A DNA stretch of 124,000 nucleotides from Octopus vulgaris (lineage: Eukaryota), in contig OX597819.1 in NCBI GenBank assembly GCA_951406725.2, positions 25,068,001-25,192,000 on the forward strand, in the 5' to 3' direction. Below are positions 1 to 13,517 of this stretch, in pieces. Both the position numbers and the translations under genes were made by a program. How positions within the stretch are numbered: the first letter of the stretch is position 1; each line of letters starts with the position of its first letter. Under the pieces are notes generated by a model that was not told the DNA's origin, ran no database searches, and saw only the letters and a list, made by a program, of their open reading frames with translations.

Positions 1-554
1 TGACTAAGGTTTGGTGGAAGATTTTAATTCAAAACTTATGAAAATAAAACATTTTACCACAGAGCCAGAGCCGGTTTAGTAACAAAAGGGTTAAATGGAA
101 ACTCTTGGAATAACCTGATGATGCAAACTCTGCTTGACCAAGAAGGGAAAGATCCTAAAAAATTCACTTTATCTGGGAGCCATCCTAAATTCAAAAAGTT
201 ATGTGCTTAAGTCAGTGTTTTCTTGAGGGAAAATTTGTGTGGGAGACCTGGATTTCTCTGCTTGCTAACCCCTTTCAGATACAGCTAGAACTATTGACAG
301 GAAGATTACTCTATCATGCTCAGAAAGGTTTCCACTTTGTAGAATTTCATTTCAGGGGTTCTTTTCACTATGTTGTTAACCAAGACTGTATTCTTACCTC
401 CATTAGTAAAGAGGTTATATGCCTCTGGCCATCAGGTCTGATGAGTCACCTTTTTTTCTAAGAGTAATAATTGAGCTAAAGCCACTGGTAACTTTCTGAC
501 TGACCATAACCAATGACTGCATAAAACGTGTGTGTGTGTATGTATATATATATA

Positions 555-850
555 TCATCATCATCATCATCATTTAGCGTCCGCTTTCCATGCTATCATG
601 GGTTGGACGGTTCAACTGGGGTCTGTGAAGCCAGAAGGCTGCATCAGGCCCAGTCTGATCTGTCAGTGTTTCTACGGCTGGATGCCCTTCCTAACGCCAA
701 CCACTCCTTGAGTGTAGTGGGTGCTTTTTACGTGCCATCCGCACAGGTGCAAGACGGAGCTGGCAAACGGCCATGAACGGATGGTGCTTTTACATGCCAC
801 CGGCACGGGGGCCAGGCGAGGCTGGCAACGGCCACGAATGGATGGTGCTA
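555..850 (-). mobile_element. Retroposon family C ((GAT)n tail, internal ~55-60-bp tandem units)
   Basis: (CAT)n-TTAGCGTCCGCTTTCCATGC...GGATGCCCTTCCTAACGCCAACC...; other copies at ~2845-3185, 56380-56825, 104870-105310, 106020-106290 (-) and ~44075-44225, 50720-50915, 92020-92217 (+). Confidence 0.7.
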
Positions 851-852
851 CT

Positions 853-896
<44 letters not shown>

Positions 897-1835
897 GATG
901 TGTGTGTGTGTATTAGTGTGTAAATAAAAGCTTAAGTAGCAAAAATTCTATTCATTATAAAATATTATATCTCTCCCTGCCATAAACTAGCTGTATATCA
1001 TAAACAAAAAACAAGATAAATAAATAATCCTAATAGCCGATGCATATTTATATGTATGCTTGTATTTAGGAAAGTGTGTGTCTATGTATACACTTGTGTG
1101 TAAATATGCATCTGTGTATGCCAGCATCTGTGCATATACACATACATATCTACAATTCTACAGTTCTATGTTGTCAGTCACTTCCTCACAAATATGAAAT
1201 ATTAAAATCTATTATACAAGATGACTGCTCATAGAATAAGCAGAAACAAAATGATACAGCCATAATTATTACCAATGTCATCGTGACTTAAATTTTAAAT
1301 ACCAATGTCATTATGACCTTAGTAATATAATTAATATAATTACCACTGTCATCCGCATCTTAGTATAGTTAATCTACAGTTTCATTCTGGAGTATTGTTA
1401 CTAAATATTGGGATTAAGAATACAATAATAGACCCTATGTAATGGCTATTACTGATCCCTTTTCCTTCCACTCGTATAATATGCACTAATGTTTAGTACA
1501 TCACTTCTTTCTCAAACACTGAGAGAAAGAAACGTTCTGGTAACTTCTCTCTGTTTTTGGCACTGATTTTTTTTTGTAAAGGTTAACTGTTCATATGTGA
1601 TGGGGTGGAGGAGATAAAGGAGAGGTCAAGCTTTTGATGTAAGTTAATAATTAACTAATTTTATGCGACTCTGATTTTAGTCTCTTCCTGACCTCATGCC
1701 GCTGACCTAAGTAGTACCATCTGCTCTGTGTCTTCTTGCTTGTATTGTCCACCTGTTGTGTGAAAAAGAATTACAACTGGTAGACTAAGTTAGCAGACGG
1801 GAAGTTGTTTCTCTCTCTTACATCATACACATGGG

Positions 1836-2508
1836 ATGCACACACCACACATGCATGCACACACCACACACGCTTGCACACACCACACATGCATGCACAC
1901 ACCACACACACATGCACACACCACACACGCATGCACACACCACACACGCATGCACACACCACACATGCATGCACACACCACACACGCATGCACACACCAC
2001 ACATGCATGCACACACCACACGCATGCACACACCACACATGCATGCACACACCACACACGCATGTACACACCACACACTCATGCACACACCACACATGCA
2101 TGCACACACCACACATGCATGCACACACCACACACACATGCACACACCACACACGCATGCACACACCACACACGCATGCACACACCACACACGCATGCAC
2201 ACACCACACATGCATGCACACACCACACACGCATGCACACACCACACACACATGCACACACCACACATGCATGCACACACCACACACACATGCACACACC
2301 ACACACGCATGCACACACCACACACGCATGTACACACCACACACGCATGCACACACCACACACGCATGCACACACCACACACGCATGCACACACCACACA
2401 CGCATGCACACACCACACACGCATGTACACACCACACACGCATGCACACACCACACACGCATGCACACACCACACACGCATGCACACACCACGCACACAT
2501 GCATGCAC
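1836..2508. repeat. ~19-bp minisatellite (CATGCACACACCACACACG) with variant units
   Basis: About 35 tandem units; source of the HT/CV pseudo-ORFs. Confidence 0.9.
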
Positions 2509-2841
2509 ATAAACACCCCGAGGCACGTACATATTTTTACTGCTTTCCTGACTGCAACTCTGCTGGGACATCATTCTCAAAATTTTGTATCAATCATATC
2601 TAAACTAGTATTTACTTAGCCTGCTACTCCTTTTATAAATTTCCTTATCATATTGTCCAGTTTAATTGTATAATTTCATTTGGTCAGCCAAAAACAAACT
2701 GGATAAAACTTCAAAATTCAGCAAATGCCTTGTCTATATCGTCAGTCAACCATTTTGGCCAGAGAGTGTACAATGTTCTACAGCAAAATATACATATACA
2801 TGCTGTACAAAAAATATACAATGATGTATGCAATGTTTTGG

Positions 2842-2876
<35 letters not shown>

Positions 2877-3422
2877 GTTTAGTGTTCGCTTTCCATGCTA
2901 GCATGGGTTGGACGGTTCTGCTGGGGTCTGGGAAGCCAGAAGGCTGCACCAGGCCCAGTTTGATCTGGCAATGTTTCTACGGCTGAATGCCCTTCCTAAC
3001 GCCAACCACTCCATGAGTGTAGTGGGTGCTTTTTACGTGCTACCGTCATAGGTGCCAGACGAGTCTGGCAAACGGCCATGATCAGATGGTGCTTTTTATG
3101 TGCCACCGGCACGGGGGCCAGGCTAGGCTGGCGAACGGCCACAAACGGATGGTGCTTTTTACGTGCCACCGGCACTTGGCTGGCAATGGCCAGACTTGTC
3201 TGTTGCATTGGTTACTTGAAATATGTTGAATTACTGGCTTGTGGATTACATTGGTCATCTGAGATATAGATTACAGGTTTTTGATTTCATATGGACGTGA
3301 CTTATTATTGTTGTTGTTGCTTACCTCTTGGCCAGCTTTCATGGATAAAAATCTCTAGATAAAGGATTTCCAGTCTTAACCATTCTATCCTGTTTATGTA
3401 CATAATGTGTCTAGGATTATAT

Positions 3423-3632
3423 TACTCTTTACTCTTTACTCTTTTACTTGTTTCAGTCATTTGACTGCGGCCATGCTGGAGCACCGCCTTTTAGTCGAGC
3501 AAATCAACCCCGGGACTTATTCTTTGTAAGCCCAGTACTTATTCTATCGGTCTCTTTTTGCCGAACCGCTACGCAGTGGGACTGAACCCGCAACCGTGTG
3601 GTTGGTTAGCAAGCTACTTACCACACAGCCAC
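3423..3632 (-). mobile_element. SINE family A, internally deleted
   Basis: Tail half joined directly to head half (GCCGAACCGCTA|CGCAGTGGGACTG). Confidence 0.75.
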
Positions 3633-4298
3633 ATCCAGCATGTCCATTTTTTTTAATCATTTATTGAAGTTAGTAGGGTGTACTCTGAGGGTGCAATCAT
3701 AGGCATGTACTAGACTGTTTGTTCCACAAAAAAAAAAAAAAAGTTTATAAATGCAATATATTTGTTAGCAACAGGAGAGAATTTTAATGTTTTTCTAATG
3801 GAGGACTCTGCTGGAAATGTCAACATTCCATTCTCACAGCACATGTGTATTCCATTTGCACATTTATTGAACTGAGTTTTGCTGACACAGACCACCAGTA
3901 AGTAGTTCCTGTAGACAGTAATTTTTGTTCAACTTCGAGTTCACCCTGACTGAGTACACTTATTATCGAGGTCATTCTAGCTGTAACCATCACATCTATT
4001 TCGTTTTTGTTTCTTTTCTATTGTGAAGCAAAGTATTTCTGAGACTACATTATTTAATGTGTTTTTTTGTTTTTTTTATAGTAGAGGGAGGTGATCTCGA
4101 GGCCATTTGGTTGCTATTTGTAGTGGGTTCGTTTTGTAATTGCATAGTTTCTGGTTTGATTCTCACTGTGGTGCCCTGTTTCAAAAATGTCTTCTATCAT
4201 ACCCTTGAGTTGAGAAATACCTCATGAGTGAAACGTAGTTGACAGAAACTGTATGGAAGCGAGCTGTATAAGGTATTATACCTTATACGGCGAGCTTA

Positions 4299-4955
4299 AA
4301 AGGTGGCGAGCTGGCAGAAACGTTAGCACGCCTGGCGAAATGCTTAGCGGAATTTTGTCTGCCGTTACGTTCTGAGTTCAAATTCCGCCGAGGTCAACTT
4401 TGCCTTTCATCCTTTCGGGGACGATTAAATAAGTACCAGTTACGCACTGGGGTCGATATAATCGACTTAATCCGTTTGTCTGTCCTCTCTGTGTTTAGCC
4501 CCTTGTGGGTAGTAAAGAAATAGGTATTTTACCTTATACAGTGTCATTCTGGAGTATTGTTACTAAATATTGGGATTAAGAATACAATAATAAACCCTAT
4601 GTAAGGGCTTTAACTGATCCTTTTACCTTACACTCATACAATATGCACTAATGTTTAGTACATCACTTCTTTCTGAAACACTGAGAGAAAGAAACCGCCT
4701 TATACAGTATAAGGAAACTGTATAAGGTGGTGAGCTGGCAGAAATGTTAGAATGCCGGGTGAAATGCTTAGCAGTATTTCGTCTGCCGCCATGTCCTGAG
4801 TTCAAATTCCGCCGAGGTCAATTTTGCCTTTCATCCTTTCAGGGTCGATAAATTAAGTGCCAGTTACGCACTGGGGTCGATGTAATCGACTTAATCACTT
4901 TGTCTGTCCTTGTTTGTCCCCTCTATGTTTAGCCCTTGTGGGCTATAAAGAAATA
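4299..4955 (+). mobile_element. Two SINE family B copies (4299-4530, 4724-4955)
   Basis: AAGGTGGCGAGCTGGCAG...GAGTTCAAATTCCGCCGAGGTC.ACTTTGCCTTTCATCCTTTCGGGG...GAAATA; B-box-like GAGTTCAAAT; central part resembles a MetaSINE-type domain (from memory). Confidence 0.8.
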
Positions 4956-7464
4956 AGAAACAGTATGGAAGCCTGTTATATGCAAGTGTATGTGTTTCTG
5001 TGAGTGTGTTTGCATGTAATGGACTTTCCTGTTGTAGATAGCATATGAGAATTCCCTAAATTCTTGATGAACAACCTGTACAGATGATTTGTTTATATTG
5101 ATGAAATGTTTGTACTGTACATTAGCTCCCTGCCTCCCCTAATAGGTTTTCATTGTGTGTACAGGTGCATGATGTGCTTCTGTTGTGGGATGTGACCTGG
5201 AGGCTATTTGGTAGCTATTTGTAGTGGGATAACCAATTGCTTAGGGCACTTGCTTCTGGATTTGCCCTGACTGTAATCCAGTGATTTTTAATCTCTTGAA
5301 CTATATGAGACAATGAAGATTAAGCAAAAATTCCTGAGGCAATTCTAACAAAAATTTAAAATAAAAAAGCAACTTTGTTTTAAGGATAAAAATGAAGAAA
5401 ACTATTATAATTACAATGTGTAGAACATTTATTATGTATATATAAATGTTGAATAGCACTAGCTGCAATGTTTTGTTTCAGAGAAACTTCACAAAGAAAC
5501 AAGTGTATTAAAAATACAGGGCTCACAATGAATGCCAATGGTAGATTGTCAGTGTTCCAACCTCATTTTTGTCTACTCAGTTACAAACACACCTGGATAT
5601 TCTGAGTTAGCTGAAAAATATTTGTTCCAGTATAGAAATTGTCAAACAAAATATTCACTGATTTGTGTGAAAATCAACCAGGTGAGAATTGAATTAAAAT
5701 ATATGCTTTTGAAATAGCACTAGACTAAAAACTGATGTGGATAACATTGTAATGTACATACAAATGTGGAATAGCACTAGCTGTAATATTTTTACCTCAG
5801 AGAAACTTCTCAAAGAGAATTTGGTATTAAAGATATTGAGGGTTCACTCAGGATAGTATCATCAGATCATCAGACATGGTATTTTAACTTCGTTTTCTCT
5901 CCTTGGAGATGAACATCCCCTGACATTCTAAGCTAAGCCACCAGGTTTCTGGTCTAATCTCTTTGTCCACTTCTTCCTTTTCAGATGAGAAAACAGTGCA
6001 AAATATATCTTCATAGGCATTGTAAAAAGCCTACTGATACGTACATGTGTAAATACATGAATGAATGAGATGTATGTAGTTGACATGAGTGAGCTCACAA
6101 TATTTGTGCCTCTTGTCTAGTACTGTATTCATTTAGCTGTTTCATAGACTTAAAAATCTACCGTAGCCTCAGATTGATCAATGCCTTGCAAGTGGAGTTT
6201 GATAGATAGAAACTGTACAGAAGCCTGCCATGCCTATATTGTGTGTGTGTGTATGTATGTGTGTGTGTGTGTGTGTGCGCGCGTGCATGTGTGTGTTTGT
6301 ATATATTTCAGTGTAAAATGATGTGTCCCTTTTTATCAGTAAGGTAACATAGCTATAGAGATGAATAAAATATGAGATTGAAATAAGTACTGGGGTTGAT
6401 ATGACTGACTAAAACCATTGATGATGGTGCCCCAGGCTGGCCATAGTCCAATGGCTGAAGATAGTAAAGCAATAAAAAAATATATATGCATACATTCTTG
6501 TAAAAAAAAAAATTAAGAAAAATAAGCATTTTTGGATTTTTAAATCAACAATGTTTGAATAACGAACTTGCATTCTGTTATTGATTTATAATTATGCACA
6601 CACACACATGCAAGCATATATATACATCCACCCACACACAGATAGAAAAAGGTTATCTTTCCTGAACTAATCTTTTGTTTGAATATCATTCTCATCTTTG
6701 TACACCTCTTGCTATTTACTCCTACGCTTTTCTTTGTTTGCAACCAGCTGTCACAGACTGCTATTTCGTCCCACAGGAACTCTACCGAATTCTTTGTTAA
6801 CTTACTGAAAGTCTTTACACCCCTTTACCATATGTACCCATTCTTATCTTTGATGGTCTTGTTTTTTTTTATTATATATTTGTACTTCCTTTCTAGCTGT
6901 CTATGATGTATGTAACATGCATAAATGCACAGATGTCATCGCATTTAACTAGATGTATGTATGCACCAGCTTACAAAGACGCAAGGGCATACATATAATA
7001 TTCTTGTATATAACTATGAGTGTATATAAGTGTGTCTGTGTATATGTATGCTACACACGTGCACACTTTCTCTCTCCTACTTGTGCACACACACACACAC
7101 ACACCACCTATATAGTGACTTTGGAATAGTATTGCACAATCTTTATCCTTTGTTTGGTCATGTAACTTCTCCATACTTAAGTTACCTGAAGCAGAAAGAA
7201 ATAAAATAAATTATAATTATAAAAACAAAATTAATTTAAATTTTAACATAGAAAGTGACTTAAGTACAACTGTATACAGATATATGTGTGTGTGTGTTGT
7301 GTGTGTGGTTGAAAAACTGCAACCAACTGCTTTCAGACTTTGTTCCACTGCGCTGCATTTTGGATGAATGTCTTTGACTATATAGCTCTTTGCTAATCTA
7401 TGTGGTTGGGAAAAACTATGCAGACGTTTGTTGTATTATATCTGTCTGTCTGTCGATTCATACA

Positions 7465-7515
<51 letters not shown>

Positions 7516-7771
7516 AAGAGAGAGAGTATGTATGTCTATGTGTATGTTTGTCTTTTGCTGTTTGACAATGGGTACTTGTTTGGCAAAAAGGAACTGATAT
7601 AATAGGTTTGTTTGATTTGGTTGGTTAAAGCCTTCAAGGCAGTACTCAAACATTACCACAGTCCAATGACTTCATCAAATAAATGGATCAGAGAAAGAAA
7701 TAGTACATACATACACGCATGCACACACAATAATGATGATGATAATAATAATAATAATCATAATAATAATA

Positions 7772-8325
7772 TGCCCTGATGTAGTACCAGACAGTGGCTC
7801 TCATGGCTTCTGATTTTAACTGATTGGAAGTGTTATCATTTAAATTGTTTTGTCTTGGTATAAAAGATGGGCTACAGCAAATGTTCTGCTCAGTACTGAT
7901 TTGCTTGTCAGTTGTTTGATCTTAACCAGTTGACACCATGTCCCTTTGTGGCTTACGATATGTGCATCTCTGATCATGAGCAGAAGTAGTGGGGGAGCAT
8001 CGTGACCATGTGTTGAAAGGAATTCTTAGAGGTTTGGATAATTCACCTTTGGAAACATGGGTATTTTGTTCAACATCCTTAAACAACCCTTATTCAGGGA
8101 CCTTTTGAGCAGGATGGGCTACTCGACCAGAAGAAAATTTTAACTGGGCCCCACCTGCAAGGTCATTCACTGTTTATCTTGATATGAGATTACCATGTTC
8201 TGCACATATGGTTGTGATGCATGTGCCTGGTGTACCCTTATCAGATGGGTAGTCATGATGCGTATACTGGGCTTTGTATATTTTACCCCAGTGTCACTTT
8301 GATGGCATGCACTGCTCTCTCACTC
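7772..8325 (+). mobile_element. (TAA)n-embedded ~560-bp retroposon (family F), full length
   Basis: Starts GCCCTGATG, ends CTCTCTCACTC+(AAT)n; (TAA)n on both sides; 7 copies in window. Confidence 0.75.
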
Positions 8326-8869
8326 AATAATAATAATAATTATTATAATCATCCTTTCTACTATAGATGCAAGGCCTGCAATTTGAGGGGAGGGGGATGG
8401 TTGACCACATTGATTCTAGTACTTGAGTGGTACTTAATTTATCGACCCTGAAAGGATGGAAGGCAAAGTTGACCTCAGTGGAATTACATCACCCTTAGTG
8501 TTCAAGTGGTACTTATTTTATTGACCCTGGAATTTTGAAAGGCAAAACTGATTGTGGCCCTTATTTGATCTCTGAACGTAACGAGTGAGAAGAAATACCA
8601 CTAAGCAATTTTGTCTGGCATTCTGTCTGTTCTACCAGCTCGCTACCTTAATAATGATGATGATAGTAGTAGTAGTAGTAGTTTTTTCTACTACAGGCAC
8701 AAGACCTAAATATTTAGGGGAGGGAAGATAATCAATTACATCAGGCCCAGTACACAACTGGGGGTTGATGAAAAGTAAAGTTGACCTTGGTAGAATTTCA
8801 ACTCAGAATATAAAGACATGCTTATGATTCTGCCAGCTTGCTACCATAATAATAATAACAATAATAATA

Positions 8870-9375
8870 TGATTGGCAGTGTTATCATGTTCATTGTTTT
8901 GTCTTGGTATAAAAGATGGGCTGCAGCAAATATTCTGCTCAATACCACAGATTTGCTTGTCAGTTGTTTGACCTTAACCAGTTGAGCATGTCCCTTAGTG
9001 GCTGACGATATGTGCATCTCTGATCATGAGCAGAAGTAGTGGGGGAGCATCATAGCCATGTGTTGAGAGGGATTCTTTGGGGTTTGAATAATTCACCTCT
9101 GGAAACATGGGTGTTTCGTTCAACATCCTTAAACAACCCTTATTCAGGGACCTTTTGAGCGGGATGGGTTACTCGATCTGAAGAAAATTCTAACTGGGCC
9201 CCACCTGCAAGGTCATGTGCTGTTTATCTTGATATGAGAATACCATTTCGCGCACATAGGGTTGTGATGCATGTGCCTGGTGTACCCTTATCAGACGGGT
9301 AGTCATGATGGGTAAACTGGGCTTCGTATATTTTACCCCAGTGTCATTTTGATGGCATGCACTGCTCACTCACTC
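8870..9375 (+). mobile_element. Family F, 5'-truncated
   Basis: Same body, (TAA)n flanks. Confidence 0.75.
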
Positions 9376-9615
9376 AATAATAATAATAATAATAATAATG
9401 GTTTCTGGTTTATGCACAAGGTTAGCAATTGGGAGGTGTGGGGGTTTGAATCGTTGTCCTTAACCCCAGTACTTGACGGATGAGGATGAATGGATGATAA
9501 TAAAATAGACTGGGAAAAAGTGAGACCAAAAGGTCAATGATAAATATTTTATGGTATGCTATTGTATTTTATTGTCTGTTTTTTTTAGCTATTTTATTGT
9601 TTGTTTTTTTTTAGC

Positions 9616-9649
<34 letters not shown>

Positions 9650-10740
9650 GGGTTCATTATTAGTAATATTAGGATATAATGCTTGATCATGTTTTAAAAA
9701 ATTGTTTTAATATTTGTTTAGTTTAAAGTAATGAAGAAGGATAGTGTTGCAGCAGTCTTTTATTTCTCGAGTGGAAATTCAGATATTTTGAAAGTGATTA
9801 GTAGTTTTAATATTGATTTTAAATTTTGGCATGGGGCCAGCAATTTTTGGGGAGGAGTAAGTCAATTACATCGATCCCAGCCCTCAACTGGTACCTATTT
9901 TATTGACCCTGAAAGAACAAAAGGCAAAGTTGACCTCAATAAGGTTTGAACTCAGAACATAGAGAAGTAGAACAAATACTGTTAGTTGTTTTGTTTATAG
10001 CTCTAAAGAATCTGATGAGTGTTCACTTCATCCTTTGAACATTTTTAAGATGACAGAGTGTGATATGAGTTTAATTTGGTTGCTATGTCTAGCAACAAAG
10101 CAGCCACATATATGCTCTCACATTTGTGTGCCATTTACGATTTCCTGTTAAGCAATCATTGTCATTCAGCCTCAGCTGATCCATTGCATGGAAGCATCTG
10201 ACATGATTTTTCAAGAGCAACTCATCAGTTGATAACATCAGCCAATATATCCTATTTCTCTCTGCTCTCTTTTCACATGACAATTAATTGCCTTTGACAA
10301 ATGTATGCAGTGTGTTATGAATACCAAGCGTGTTTGGCTGACTGCAGAGATTTTCTGGGTGTTCTCAATGCATCATAGCTTCAGTACACCATCGTCCTTT
10401 TAATGCATACTTTTCCTTGCTTGCATGAGTCTGACGAAATTTTTGGAGGTAGACTTTCTAAATTGTATGCCCTTCTTATTGCTAACCCATCAATTATTTC
10501 CAAGCAAAGTAATACCTTCTTTTAGCCTGAAGACTGGAAACAAAACAAACAACCACACTTAAGCATGAAGATGCCCTTTCAGAACCATCATGTGATATCT
10601 AGACAAAGGTATATGCAAACACACACACACACACACATATGTAAATCACTTGTATAATGGTGATGTTCATTTTACAGTCATCATATGGTGTCAAGACAGG
10701 GATACACACAGATTCAAACACACACATATACACATGTATA

Positions 10741-10787
<47 letters not shown>

Positions 10788-10818
10788 ATATATATATATA
10801 TATATATACATATATACA

Positions 10819-10981
10819 GGTGCAGGAGTGGCTGTGTGGTAAGTAGCTTGCTAACCAACCACATTGTTCCGGGTTCAGTCCCACTGCGTGGCACTTTGAG
10901 CAAGTGTCTTCTGCTATAGCCCCGGGCCGACCAATGCCTTGTGAGTGGATTTGGTAGACGGAAACTGAAAGAAGCCTGTCG

Positions 10982-11022
<41 letters not shown>

Positions 11023-11220
11023 CTGTGTTTGTCCCCCCAACATCGTTTGACAACCGATGCTGGTGTGTTTACATCGCTGTTACTTAGCGGTTCAGCAAAA
11101 GAGACCGATAGAATAAGTACTGGGCTTACAAAGAATAAGTCCCGGGGTCGATTTGCTCGACTAAAGGCGGTGCTCCAGCATGGCCGCAGTCAAATGACTG
11201 AAACAAGTAAAAGAAAAGAA
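10819..11220 (+). mobile_element. tRNA-derived SINE family A
   Basis: A-box-like GGCTGTGTGGTAAG, B-box-like GGTTCAGTCCC, internal (TA)n(TG)n linker, GTAAAAGA-type tail. Confidence 0.85.
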
Positions 11221-11899
11221 AAAAAAATATATGACTGGCTTCTTTCAATTTCTGTCTATGAGATCCACTCACAAGGCTTTGGTTTACCCAGGGTTATAGA
11301 AGAAGGCACTTCCCCAAGGTGCTGTGCAGCAGAACTAAACCCAAGGCCACATGGTCAGGAAGCAAGCTTCTCAACGATACAAAAATATTGATATCGTGAT
11401 TATTTAAAAGTTTTACTTGCGTCTGGCTATTACACAAAAGACAGTAGTAAGTATTTGGATAGTGTTGTAGTCTTTAGATATATTCCTGTGTGTTGCCTGG
11501 ACCTGCAAAGCTCCACTCATAGTGAAACAGGTTTAAGAACTGTATTCCTCTTATGTATTGCTTACATATTTCAGTTATCTCTGATTCCGTTGAGTGTCTG
11601 ATGTCTGTTACAACATGCAGAACATTGTTAAAAATGGTTTGTAATTTGTTGTGCTTTATAACAGAAGATTCGGAGAGAACTGGTTTCATTTGAAATGGTC
11701 ATGATATACCATTAGTTTTTATTTTATTTTATTTCATTTTTTTTTATATTAGCCTCTGAGCTACAGTATTTTTTTTTTTTGTTTCTTATGTCCCTGTTGT
11801 GTAAATAATATCAATGTGTTGTAATGCGATGTTTAGAATTTTAGCCTTTTGTTTGGTTTTATATATTTCCGTTGTAAACGGTTGTTTATTCTAGTGTTG

Positions 11900-12600
11900 G
11901 CGGTTGTGGTGGTGGTGTGTAGTGGTAGTGGTGGTGTGAATAACAATGTTGATACTTATTCTATTGTTGGGGGTGAAGGGCCTGGTGCTGTGTCTTTGTT
12001 GTTGCTGTTTACTTTACTGATAGTCATTTGAATCTCTGTAATGGTTGTTGTAGTGATGGCAGTATTGATAAGTAGTGTTGATGGTGGTTGTGCTGATGAT
12101 GGTTGTAGTGATGGTGATGATGATGATGATGATGGTGGTGGCGTTTGGTGGTGGGAATGATGATGTTGATGGTGATGATAATGGTGATGATAGTGGTGGT
12201 GGTGGCACTATAGATCACTGTGACAGTGGTACTGATGATGGCTGTGGTTGAGGTGCTAATGATGGTTATGGTAGTGATGATGATGATGATGATGATGATG
12301 ATGGTGATATTGCTACTGCTAGTGGTAGTGATATGCGAATGGTTTTGATAGTGATGTGGGGATGACATTGGTGGTGAAGTAAAAGTGGTGGTGGTGGTGG
12401 TAGTAGTGATATGAGGATGGCGGTGGTGTTGGTCATAATATGAGGGTGGTGGTGGTGGTGGCAATGTAAAGACTGAAGTGGTGGTGATGTAGGGATCATG
12501 GTGGTGGTGGTGGTGGTGGTGGCAATGTAAAGACTGAAGTGGTGGTGATGTAGGGATCATGGTGGTGGTGGTGGTGGTGGTGGTGATATGGATGGTATTG
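11900..12600. repeat. Compound (GTG/GAT)n trinucleotide region
   Basis: Seen directly; includes a duplicated ~57-nt unit at ~12463-12580. Confidence 0.8.
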
Positions 12601-13112
12601 TTAGTGTTGTTATTAATGATTGTTGGTGTTAAATGGCACCATCAGTTGTGATAGCGTTGTTATTGAGGAAGGGCCGGTTGGGGGTGAGAACGGCAGTAAT
12701 GTCAATAATGCCATTAAATACATCCTGGTGATTGCTGTAAATAACACTACTGCAAAATCAAAATTCTGTAAAAAAAAAAAAAATCTGAGGCCTCGCCTGG
12801 ATCAATTAACTGTGTACACTTAAACCAAATAGTCAGAAGTCCGGAGTGGGTTTTGTTCATTGTAGATATTTACTGAGATAGTTTCAATTGTATTTTATTT
12901 TATTTTATTTATATATTTTCTTTACATTTTTATATAAATCTTGAAATTCGGGTTTTTGCTTTTGTCGGAGAAAAAAAACCACGTAGATAGACAAGCACAG
13001 GTATTTGCTTTTACTAATCCAAATGAAAATGATATGGCATAATGGTAACGAATGATTATGGCAACCTGCCTTAGTTTGCTTTTGTGGTTACATTCCATTG
13101 TTTTATTAAACA

Positions 13113-13517
13113 CTAGCAGTCTCGCCCGGCGTTGCTCGGGTTTGTAAGGGAAATAACTATATAAGCATTTTTAGAGATGTAAAGTATAATAGCCATCTCA
13201 ATATGGCTAACCACAAAGGGGGGGGGGCGTGTTACTGTAGCTTTTTAAGTTCTGAGATTTAATAATACATTTTTAGAGAGTTACTTCCCTTACATAATAG
13301 CAAAAAAAATGCATTAAAAATGGGAAAAAATTATGGTAAATTTTTTTTTAAATTGTGGACTCATCATAGATGCGCGGTAATACCCAGAAGGGTTCGATAT
13401 GAATCACGTCTATAAGATACCCGGTTTTGGTTAAACTGCACCGCAAAATGTGGGAGTAGTTAGGAATCTAAATCGTAGGAGACAGACAGCACACAACCTC
13501 ACTTTTATATATAAAGA
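13113..13517 (-). mobile_element. Non-autonomous Helitron, type 1
   Basis: On minus strand: A|TCTTTATATATAAAA ... CCCGAGCAACGCCGGG hairpin + CTAG|T; no TSD. Confidence 0.85.

Noticed and set aside
1771-2619. Overlapping 220-270-aa His/Thr- and Cys/Val-rich ORFs
   Set aside because: Stop-free translations of the 19-bp minisatellite in several frames on both strands.
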